Assembly (NCBI GenBank): GCA_963663225.1
Contig: OY760142.1
Location: 1,216,001 to 1,280,000, forward strand
DNA: 64,000 bases
Source of the DNA: Nitrospirota bacterium
Lineage (GTDB): Bacteria; Nitrospirota; UBA9217
Direction: 5' to 3'
Part shown: one piece after another, positions 41,658 to 49,918 of the stretch
Layout: every line of letters starts with the position of its first letter
Position numbering within the stretch: position 1 is the first letter of the stretch
The notes under the pieces: model-generated
The model's database searches: none
The model's input: the letters and a program-made list of their open reading frames with translations, nothing else
What the model was told of the DNA's origin: nothing
Program-made: the position numbers and the translations under genes

Positions 41658-42287
41658 CTACAGATGCTGCCAAGCAGTTGCCTGAACAAACCGGGAAAGT
41701 CCGTCTTTCTGCGATGAATCGGCACAAAACTCTGCCATGATCTGCGGAAAGAAGGAGTGGAAATGGTTCTGGAGGGAATCGTAGTTCTGCTCCAGCTCTT
41801 CGATGGCCGAGTCCAAAGGATTTTCATGCCGCAGCCTTCGGGAGATTCTTCTGAATGTCCGGTCGATGCTTTCCACGGACCGGTAGCTTCGCAGCCAGTC
41901 TTCGTGGACCATCTTCTCGATCACCAATGGCACCGGGTGGGGGACAGCCACGCGATGCCGGCCCAGGTTTTCATAAACCCGCCCAACGAACTCATCAAGC
42001 GTTAAGGAGTTGTATCGGTCCCAGTTCGTTGCCAGAAAGTGGTCATAGGCCACGTCGATGATGATGCCCGCGTAGCGCCGCCGGGAGTCGCTCACAAGCC
42101 GGCGGCTCGCGGCAAAGACTTCGTGCGAGTCCGTAAAGAAGTCCACTCTGCGGTGATTGCGGATGCCTTCTGCCACTTCGCGAGGAAAGCGTCCCTCCAC
42201 GTTGCCTTTTACAAAATCGGCAAGAAGGTTCCCCAGCATCGAAGCAGGGGTGTCGTTGCTGCAGAGCATGTGGGCGAGGTAGTTCAT
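41658..42287 (-). CDS. acpH: Acyl carrier protein phosphodiesterase
   Basis: MNYLAH, GNLLADFVKG, HRRVDFFTDSH and DVAYDHFLA motifs. Confidence 0.9.
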   Translation of the reverse strand: MNYLAHMLCSNDTPASMLGNLLADFVKGNVEGRFPREVAEGIRNHRRVDFFTDSHEVFAASRRLVSDSRRRYAGIIIDVAYDHFLATNWDRYNSLTLDEFVGRVYENLGRHRVAVPHPVPLVIEKMVHEDWLRSYRSVESIDRTFRRISRRLRHENPLDSAIEELEQNYDSLQNHFHSFFPQIMAEFCADSSQKDGLSRFVQATAWQHL

Positions 42288-42542
42288 GGAGTGTGAAGGA
42301 GTATACGATTGAAGAGAGGAAAAAGTCAATCCCTGCGACACGGAGTTTTTGAAAAGAGAGAGGTACACAGTAAGCAGCAATGCAGGATGCATATAACGCC
42401 GGCGTAAAATAACTTTACAGGGCCGGGAAAGGAAATTATAATATTTCTTAAAAAGTGCGGGCTGCTATTGCGTGCTTGGTTTTTAGAGAGACAATGCATG
42501 CTGGTTGTCCGTCAAACGCAACGATCCGCCAGGGGGCAGGTT

Positions 42543-43910
42543 ATGAACAGAACGCGTAAGATATCCTCAATCAGTGTGATCCTGATGGTGCTAGCGGCCG
42601 TTGTGCTCAGCGGGTGCGCCACGTCCCGCACGGTCATGATCGCGCCCATCGATTCTGCGTCAAAGAGCCTGGTTCCCGTGCCGTTTTCGGTGCACGTGGA
42701 AATTCGGGGGGTCAAGGAGGAAAATCCAAATCCAGTGACCCCGATCGCTGTAGACAAGGAATCGTTGAAGAGGATGATCGTACGGTATCTCGCGGCCCGC
42801 TCGACGTTCGACCGTGTTTTGGACGGTCTTGCGGACAGCGTGCTGAACATTGACGTCACCTACCACGTGCGGCAAGGCAATTTTTTTGACTACGTCGCGA
42901 ATTTGAAGGCGGCGTTGATTTCGAAGGACGGGCGCGATCTCGGTTCGTTTACAGGACAAAGCACTGTACGAGGCGGCATGACGAGGTTTTCCGCGAGCGC
43001 CGACGTCGAGCCGATGAACAGCGCTATGGCGCAGGCAATTGAAAATCTCTGCCTGAGGATCGAAGAGAACCGTCCGCTGATCCTGGCAAAGCTTGGTCGG
43101 CAGGATGCTCTTCCTCTGGCAGCAAAACCCCTCATCAGATCCGATGTCGATGACATCCAGATCACAAAATCGAAACCGAACCCCAGCGCGTACGCCGTTG
43201 TCATCGGCATCGAGCAGTACCGACAGAAATTACCCGCGGCGGATTTTGCCGTGAGCGACGCGCAGACCGTGACCGACTACCTGACGAAAGCCATGGGGTA
43301 TCCGGCGGAAAACATCATTACCCTCACAAATGACCGGGCGGCGTTGGGGGATTTTGTAAAATACATCGAGCGATGGCTCCCGAACAATGTAGAACATGGG
43401 AGTACCGTTTTCATCTACTATTCGGGACACGGGGCTCCCAACACCAAGACGGGGGATGCTTATCTTGTTCCCTATGACGGCGACCCGACGTTTATCGCGG
43501 AGACGGGTTATTCGCTGAAGAGAATGTACGACGCCCTGGGAAAGCTACCGGCCAAGGAAATCATTGTTGCGCTCGATTCATGCTTCTCGGGCGCGGGCGG
43601 CAGATCGGTCCTTGCGAAAGGCGCCCGGCCTCTTGTCATGAATCTCAAGCATGACGCAGTAATGGCAAAAAACATAACCATTCTTGCTGCTTCCTCGGGC
43701 GAACAGATCAGCTCGACCTATGACGAGAAGGGCCACGGTCTCTTTACCTACTTTTTGCTCAAGGGAATCAAGAATGAGAATGTCGTAAACCAGGACGGCT
43801 CGCTCGCTGTACAGGATCTGTTCAGCTACATGAGGCCTCAAGTGGAGCGGATAGCCAGAAAACAGTATAACAATGAACAGATACCGCAAATGATCGGGCC
43901 GAATAGATGA
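42543..43910 (+). CDS. Lipoprotein with an unknown N-terminal domain and a caspase-like (C14) domain
   Basis: Lipobox LSGC; YSGHG and LDSCFSG dyad; C-terminal half is paralogous to 36739-38052. Confidence 0.9.
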   Translation: MNRTRKISSISVILMVLAAVVLSGCATSRTVMIAPIDSASKSLVPVPFSVHVEIRGVKEENPNPVTPIAVDKESLKRMIVRYLAARSTFDRVLDGLADSVLNIDVTYHVRQGNFFDYVANLKAALISKDGRDLGSFTGQSTVRGGMTRFSASADVEPMNSAMAQAIENLCLRIEENRPLILAKLGRQDALPLAAKPLIRSDVDDIQITKSKPNPSAYAVVIGIEQYRQKLPAADFAVSDAQTVTDYLTKAMGYPAENIITLTNDRAALGDFVKYIERWLPNNVEHGSTVFIYYSGHGAPNTKTGDAYLVPYDGDPTFIAETGYSLKRMYDALGKLPAKEIIVALDSCFSGAGGRSVLAKGARPLVMNLKHDAVMAKNITILAASSGEQISSTYDEKGHGLFTYFLLKGIKNENVVNQDGSLAVQDLFSYMRPQVERIARKQYNNEQIPQMIGPNR

Positions 43911-44041
43911 TGAAGGCTTTTGCGGCAAGGGTCACTTATGAACTCACGTCCGCAGGGAGCGCGATTGTCGAAAAGTTTGCGGCGGACCAGTCCCACGAGA
44001 TGTAGCAGGAATATGACAGCGTTTTGTGTCCATGGCTAGCT

Positions 44042-44446
44042 ATGAACGAAAGACCCTTTCTGACAGTTGACTGCGTTATGTTTCATAACAGCACAGTCGT
44101 CCTTATTCGGCGGGCATACGAACCGTTCAAGGGATGGTACGCGCTGCCCGGCGGTTTTGTGGAAGCCGGGGAGACCGTCGAGGAGGCGTGCCGCCGCGAG
44201 ACGCGCGAGGAAACCGGCCTCATCGTCAAAGACCTGCGGTTGATCGGTGTTTATTCCGACCCCGCGAGAGACCCCCGCAGGCACACCGTCTCCGTGGCTT
44301 TTCTCGGCGAGGCTGACATCTCTTCCCTCAAGGCGGGTGACGACGCGAGCGCAGCGGAGCTGGTTGTTGACTGGCAGCATGCCGAGATAGCGTTCGATCA
44401 CAAGAAAATACTGCACGATGCATGGCGGTTGCATAATCGACGGTAA
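44042..44446 (+). CDS. Nudix hydrolase (ADP-ribose pyrophosphatase-like)
   Basis: Nudix box GGFVEAGETVEEACRRETREETGL, RDPR, AGDDA and IAFDH motifs. Confidence 0.92.
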   Translation: MNERPFLTVDCVMFHNSTVVLIRRAYEPFKGWYALPGGFVEAGETVEEACRRETREETGLIVKDLRLIGVYSDPARDPRRHTVSVAFLGEADISSLKAGDDASAAELVVDWQHAEIAFDHKKILHDAWRLHNRR

Positions 44447-44456
44447 TAACTATTAA

Positions 44457-44730
44457 TTTTTTTTGTTACCTTTCTTGCTTGCTCCAAGAAAGGTAACCCA
44501 ATCCCCTGCGACATATGATTCCGGCTTTGGCCGGAGTCGGGTTAGTCGCGGGGAGGTCGCATTATCAAGAGCCTTCGGCTCATAAGGTTCTCCTCAGAAG
44601 GGCACCCGGCGAACATTCTGGTCCGTCATCCTCAATCGCCCTCAGTACATTTCGGAAATAGTCTGTATTCGCGCTACGCACTCATAACCACTGGCCACGA
44701 GCTCAATCGTCTGGCGGGAATGTTCGTATG
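44457..44730. repeat. Structured repeat element, copy A (carries a 94-nt internal insert)
   Basis: GTTACCTTTCTTG..CAAGAAAGGTAAC hairpin; homologous to 46191-46420. Confidence 0.75.
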
Positions 44731-44771
44731 GGGAGGCCCTTGTGTGCAGCCCCATCCGCCCTCTATCACCC

Positions 44772-44798
44772 TAAAGTAATCCACCAATTTGCCGATAA
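44772..44798 (+). promoter_or_regulatory. Sigma28 (FliA) promoter of flagellin
   Basis: TAAA-N15-GCCGATAA consensus. Confidence 0.85.
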
Positions 44799-44918
44799 GC
44801 ATAGCAGCAAGAGCAAAACACGGGATTCGTGTGCTTTTTTTTAATTAGTTACGCGAAAGTTCGCAACGATATTAGAAATCGGGCGTGATTGTTCTGCCAA
44901 GAGGTCGAGGCCAGGGAA

Positions 44919-46103
44919 ATGGGCATCAATGACATATCGCTGACAACGGGAATGAGGTCGAATCTCATCAGCCTGCAGAAGACGTCAAGTCTCCTGAACA
45001 GGACACAGGAGCGTCTTGCCACCGGCAAGAAAGTGAACACCGCCCTTGATAATCCCACCAGCTTTTTCGCGGCCCAGACGCTCAATATGCGTGCCTCCAA
45101 TCTGACGGGCCTGAAAGACTCTATGTCGAACGCGGTCAGCACCATTCAGGCCGCGAACGACGGCATAACAGGCATTACCAGGCTGATCGATGCTGCAAAA
45201 GGCCTGGCCCAGTCTGCGCTTGCCACGTCCGACACGACCGCGATCAACTCATACGCTGCGCAGTTCGATACAATTTTGGGCCAGATCACGCAGATGGGCG
45301 GCGATTCGGGCTATTCCGGCACCAACTTCCTCGCTTCCCAGAACCTGACCGTCATCTTCGACAGCACGAGCGGGAATTCACTCCAGATCAACGGGTTCAA
45401 CGGCTCGAGCACCGGGCTCGGCCTGCACGCGGCGAATACGGCAAGCAGCACACAAACCGTCACGAGCACGGTCACAACTCTCCAGACGGCAACAGTGTCA
45501 AGTTATGACTCCATCTATCACATTGTCAAGCTCGGCTCCGGCACAGTATCGGCCGCGCTGGGAAATCTTATGAACGCAAATCCGTTCAACTACCGGATAG
45601 TCGATTCCGTGACAGGAGCAATCGCAACCGGCGATTCCGTGGATGCTATGGGCTATCAGCCGCCTTCCATTGGTGGAGACTATTGGGCCCTGGTGGTGTC
45701 CGGCACGTTTCACATCGGCGACGCGGTCACGATTCAGTACGACGCGAGCGGTTTCAACCACACGACCGGCGCGCCGAACTCCCTAACCGTAACCACGCCC
45801 GGCAGCAACTCCTGGCTCGCTTCCGGCGGCATACAGGCTTCGATAAACGAGTTGAATTCCGCCGTGACCACCCTCCAGAACTATTCAGCCGGCCTTTCAT
45901 CCAACCTGAGCATTGTTACGACGCGCGAGGATTTCACGACCAGCATGGTCAATGACCTGCAGGTCGGAGTCGACGAGCTTACCCTTGCCGACATGAACCA
46001 GGAAGGGGCCAGCATGCTGATGCTCCAGACCAGGGAATCGCTCGGCACCACCTCGCTCAGCCTCTCGTCACAGGCGGCCCAGACAGTCCTCGATCTCTTC
46101 TGA
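44919..46103 (+). CDS. Flagellin
   Basis: N-terminal MRSNLISLQ...QERLATGKKVNTALDNP and C-terminal LTLADMNQEGA..LQTR..VLDLF; Thr/Ser-rich variable middle; sigma28 promoter. Confidence 0.88.
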   Translation: MGINDISLTTGMRSNLISLQKTSSLLNRTQERLATGKKVNTALDNPTSFFAAQTLNMRASNLTGLKDSMSNAVSTIQAANDGITGITRLIDAAKGLAQSALATSDTTAINSYAAQFDTILGQITQMGGDSGYSGTNFLASQNLTVIFDSTSGNSLQINGFNGSSTGLGLHAANTASSTQTVTSTVTTLQTATVSSYDSIYHIVKLGSGTVSAALGNLMNANPFNYRIVDSVTGAIATGDSVDAMGYQPPSIGGDYWALVVSGTFHIGDAVTIQYDASGFNHTTGAPNSLTVTTPGSNSWLASGGIQASINELNSAVTTLQNYSAGLSSNLSIVTTREDFTTSMVNDLQVGVDELTLADMNQEGASMLMLQTRESLGTTSLSLSSQAAQTVLDLF

Positions 46104-46117
46104 ACAAATCGCTTTCT

Positions 46118-46180
46118 CAGATAGCGTTTAATCACGAACAAATTTTGAATAACGCGTGGCGGTTGCCTAAACAACGGTAA
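46118..46180 (+). pseudogene. Displaced Nudix 3' tail, copy 1
   Basis: QIAFNHEQILNNAWRLPKQR* aligns ungapped with 44384-44446 (47/63 nt by hand count). Confidence 0.85.
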
Positions 46181-46190
46181 CAAGATATTG

Positions 46191-46420
46191 ATTTCTTTTT
46201 GTCACCTTTCTTGCTCGCTCCAAGAAAGGTAACCCAAAGAAGGGCGCCCGGCGAAAATCCTTTACGGCTGACTCGGTCGTCCTCGGTACATTTCGGAAAT
46301 AGCCTGCATTCGCGCAGTGCACTCATAAACGCTGGCTACAGGCTCGCCAACCTTTGGGCTCAAACAGTCCGAAATGTTTAACCCTCGTCCTCGGTCGTCC
46401 GCCTATATTTTCGCATGGGT
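46191..46420. repeat. Structured repeat element, copy B
   Basis: Same leading hairpin as copy A; long fold-back CATTTCGGA/TCCGAAATG and GCGAAAAT/ATTTTCGC. Confidence 0.75.
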
Positions 46421-46631
46421 TTTATCACAGGCCTTGCACACCATTGTCCTTCGGCTAAGGAACCTCTTGTGTGCTCAAGAAAAACATGCTGATCTGAAGA
46501 CTCACGCCACCTTGCCGGAAAGCGCTCCCTCCTTGACAGTGTGCTTGCTTGCCCCTATACTCAAATAAGCCTTCCGCGATAGCTCCTGTTCTCGCAAAAA
46601 TTTCACCCCAGCGCCAAAAGAGGATATTGCC

Positions 46632-47591
46632 ATGGCACAAGACCTGACCGCGCGATTCCGAACATTTTTCCCGCTGTTTATTATCACGCTTCTGATACTG
46701 GCTCAAGCCTGCTCTTCGGTGCCGCTTATGCAAAGCGATGATCCTGACGATCGGCTGAAGGGAATCAGGAAAGAGGCCGAAAATATCCGCTCTCTGGGCG
46801 AGCGCTATTGGATTCGGTCTCTGAGTTTCTGGGACAAAAATGACATCGTCAAGAGACTGAATGCATCAGGCGGAGACCTGGGCCGGTTAAGCCGACAAGA
46901 CAAGGACACCCGCGTCAGGACTGCCGCTGAACAGCAGTTGGCGGAATTGTTCAAAAGTGAAAATCCCCTTATCCGCCTCGTTGCCTTCCGCGAGATCAGA
47001 AATCAGCAAACCATTCAACAGGCTGTCCGGAATGACGCGTTGATAGAAGTGCGCTGCATCGCGGCTGCGCGGTTGAAAGATCCCAAGCTGCTGGAGGAGA
47101 TTTCCCGAACAGAGGGCGTAGTCGGCAGGATCGCGCGCGTCCAGCTCGGATTAACAGATCCCGTTGTTCAAAAACACCTGACCCACGAACCGGACATAAC
47201 CGTGGAAAGTGAAACAAAATATAGTAGATTTAATGAAGCATTAACGGAAGGCTATTTTGTGACCATTACCATTAAGGCCGGAGAGAAAGTTCTTGCCAAA
47301 GGAGAAGATTATTCGACCTTGAAAACGAGAACGCCGATGGCTCCCGGCCAGATGACGGTATTTGCCGTCGGATATCCCGTAGGCGGGAGCGATGTCATCG
47401 CCAAGATAAAAGCAACCGAGGGCCAGCAGAAGGGAGCAGTCAAGCGGGTCGAGCTGAATCCGCCGGAGATACTGTACAATGTTCTAATGAATTTATCTCT
47501 CCCGACTGCCGGCGCGAACGAAATCATCCGCGCGAGCGGCAGCGATGATCTGAAGCAGGCAGCTCTTCGCTATGTGAAGAACAGCAAATAG
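46632..47591 (+). CDS. Hypothetical lipoprotein with HEAT-like helical repeats
   Basis: Lipobox AQAC; DTRVRTAA, NPLIRLVA and LIEVRCIAA repeats. Confidence 0.75.
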   Translation: MAQDLTARFRTFFPLFIITLLILAQACSSVPLMQSDDPDDRLKGIRKEAENIRSLGERYWIRSLSFWDKNDIVKRLNASGGDLGRLSRQDKDTRVRTAAEQQLAELFKSENPLIRLVAFREIRNQQTIQQAVRNDALIEVRCIAAARLKDPKLLEEISRTEGVVGRIARVQLGLTDPVVQKHLTHEPDITVESETKYSRFNEALTEGYFVTITIKAGEKVLAKGEDYSTLKTRTPMAPGQMTVFAVGYPVGGSDVIAKIKATEGQQKGAVKRVELNPPEILYNVLMNLSLPTAGANEIIRASGSDDLKQAALRYVKNSK

Positions 47592-47685
47592 ACAAATCCT
47601 TTCCTGATGCTGATTGTTCCTGTAAAGGGGTCATGGTATGGAAATCAGATTGGCTCAGATAATAAAAACATGTAATAGATTCCTC

Positions 47686-48120
47686 ATGCGAGGCATTCCC
47701 ACGGCAGTTCTTATTCTGCTTTTTGCAATGCTCACCTCCTGCGGCTCGACGTATCGGATATATCAGGGCGATCCCCTGCCCCCGGATAAAATCGGCATTC
47801 TGAAAATTCCCGGTGGCATTGATACCACGGAAACAGTCCGCATCAAAGTGGTCGACGGCGTGAGGCGGGGAAATTTCTACGGCAGCCTTTGGGATGGCAG
47901 CGGGCAGATAGAATTTATGCCGGGAAAACATTCGATTACTGTCTATGTCTGGCTTCGGGGATATCAGAGTTTTGAGCGGCGGCTGGATTTCATTGTTGAG
48001 GCCGGGAAAACGTATGTTGTCAGGCATGAACGCGTCAGTGGTATTGCAGGAACTTATTACGAACTCAAGGTTGAGGATGAGACGGTGAAAAAGGAGAAGT
48101 ATAAAATCGAGCCTTATTAG
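47686..48120 (+). CDS. Hypothetical beta-rich lipoprotein
   Basis: Lipobox LTSC; YQGDPLP; IEFMPGKHSI; VEAGKTY. Confidence 0.78.
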   Translation: MRGIPTAVLILLFAMLTSCGSTYRIYQGDPLPPDKIGILKIPGGIDTTETVRIKVVDGVRRGNFYGSLWDGSGQIEFMPGKHSITVYVWLRGYQSFERRLDFIVEAGKTYVVRHERVSGIAGTYYELKVEDETVKKEKYKIEPY

Positions 48121-48167
48121 CAGGTGATGACGTGAGCGCATTGATGATGATTGTAGATTGGCAGCAT
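48120..48167 (+). pseudogene. Displaced Nudix 3' tail, copy 2
   Basis: AGDDVSALMMIVDWQH versus AGDDASAAELVVDWQH at 44333-44380 (37/48 nt by hand count). Confidence 0.78.
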
Positions 48168-48378
48168 ACGGTAAACCGCTCGGACGAGGCGCGCAGCACG
48201 CAATGAAGTTTCACAGAACCACTGCATATCAGCAATAAGAAACTTAGTTGATGTGCTTTTGCTCGGAAGGCATGTTGCTGAAAAATCAAGAGGACACGTG
48301 GGACACAGCATAGGTTGCTTCAGGATTGTCAATAACTACAGATTCAAGTCTGACTCTATACACCCCCAAGGGCGATGA

Positions 48379-48855
48379 ATGAAAAGCTACGCATCAATAA
48401 GGAAAGCAATTAGTGCCGATCTGCCAGCTATCGGGGAGCTCTGGAAAGAGTTCATTGATTTCCATAAAAAACGCGATCCACATTTTACCCGCGCAGCCGA
48501 CGGCCATGAGGTGTTCAAGGAGTTCATATCCGGTCACATGACGGCAGAGACATCGTGTGTTCTGGTCGCCGAGCAGGACGGTGAAGCAGTAGGTTACTGT
48601 CTTGCAACATTGGCCAAGCATCCGCCGGTGTTCGAGAATCAGGATTATGGAATGGTGTGCGATCTTGCCGTGACCGAACGGTGCCGGAGAAACGGCATCG
48701 GCGAGAGACTGTTCCGCGCGGTACAGACATGGTTTGTGGACTGCGGTATTCACCGGATCGAACTTCGGGTCGTCGTGGCCAATGAGACTTCCACGGCATT
48801 CTGGCGGAAGATGGGGCTTAATCCCTACATTACAACTGTTTTCAAAAGTATCTGA
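48379..48855 (+). CDS. GNAT family N-acetyltransferase
   Basis: LVAEQDGEAVGY, DLAV...RRNGIG and N..STAFWRKMG motifs. Confidence 0.9.
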   Translation: MKSYASIRKAISADLPAIGELWKEFIDFHKKRDPHFTRAADGHEVFKEFISGHMTAETSCVLVAEQDGEAVGYCLATLAKHPPVFENQDYGMVCDLAVTERCRRNGIGERLFRAVQTWFVDCGIHRIELRVVVANETSTAFWRKMGLNPYITTVFKSI

Positions 48856-48933
48856 CAGCGGAGTAATGAAGGTCAACGCTTTACTGATGGCACTGATGTC
48901 GACAATAAAGATTTGACCCCAAAGATGATAAGT

Positions 48934-49236
48934 ATTGATACCACGGAAACAGTTCGCATCAAAGTGGTCGACGGCGTGAGACGGGGGAATTTTTACGGCA
49001 GCCTCTGGGACGGCAGCGGGCAAATAGAATTTATGCCGGGAAAACATTCGATCATTGTCTATGTCTGGCTTCAGGGGTATCAGAGTTTTGAGCGGAGGCT
49101 GGATTTTACAGTTGAGGCAGGAAAAACCTATGTTGTCAGGCATGAACGCGTCAGCGGTATTGCAGGAACTTTTTACGAACTCAAGGTTGAGGATGAGACG
49201 GTGAAAAAGGAGAAGTATAATATAGAGGCTTACTAG
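48934..49236 (+). pseudogene. 5'-truncated second allele of the 47686-48120 lipoprotein
   Basis: 303 nt colinear with 47818-48120, about 24 differences; lacks signal peptide and lipobox. Confidence 0.88.
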
Positions 49237-49254
49237 CAGGAGCGGTTGAGGATA

Positions 49255-49352
49255 GCGGAGTTAATTGTAGATTAGCAACATGCTGAGATAGCTTCGGATC
49301 ATAAAAAAAATTTTAACGACACGACGCGTGGCGAATGCAAAATCAATGGTAA
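49255..49352 (+). pseudogene. Displaced Nudix 3' tail, copy 3
   Basis: AELIVD*QHAEIASDHKK / HDAWRMQNQW* versus AELVVDWQHAEIAFDHKK..HDAWRLHNRR*; contains a nonsense codon and a frameshift. Confidence 0.85.
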
Positions 49353-49507
49353 GGGAATTAACAGGAACATTTAACTCAATAACTAAAGTGATTTGCTTTT
49401 TGGTCGAAAAGCAAGTTGCTATAAAATTAAGAGAACAAGTGGGACTGAACGTCCCGCTAGGTTGCGTGAGAATACTAAAATAAAGATTTGACACTATTTG
49501 GACTGAT

Positions 49508-49918
49508 TCATGTCTGATCCTGTAAGGTTCTATCTATTCGTTTGATACAGGCCTCGAAATTATTTTTGAGTTCATGCTGCCATAGACGGATAACTTTCCA
49601 GCCCTGTGCACGAAGTCTTCGGTGGTTCCTGGTGTCCCGTTTCCGATTTTGCGATATTTTCTTTTTCCAAAAGTCCGACAGCTTGTGTTCCCATAATGGG
49701 AATCGGTATCCATGCCAGAAATCACCATCCACAAATACTATCACACGGTTCTTTTTGAATACGATATCTGGTTTGCCTGGTAAGCGCTTGTCATGCTTCC
49801 TAAACCGTAATCCTTTTTTATGAAGAGCCGTTCTCACGCGTAATTCCAAGCTGGTGTCCTTCCCCTTAATACGGGACATACAGTAGCTGCGCTGTTTTTT
49901 GGTCAGATTATCCGGCAT
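49508..49918 (-). CDS. vsr: Very short patch repair endonuclease
   Basis: RSYCMSRIKGKDT, LPGKPDIVF, FVDGDFWHG and LWQHE motifs. Confidence 0.93.
   Translation of the reverse strand: MPDNLTKKQRSYCMSRIKGKDTSLELRVRTALHKKGLRFRKHDKRLPGKPDIVFKKNRVIVFVDGDFWHGYRFPLWEHKLSDFWKKKISQNRKRDTRNHRRLRAQGWKVIRLWQHELKNNFEACIKRIDRTLQDQT

Noticed and set aside
44800-44918. Possible c-di-GMP-I riboswitch in the flagellin leader
   Set aside because: GCAAA and GAAA are present but the P2/P3 architecture and tetraloop receptor are missing.
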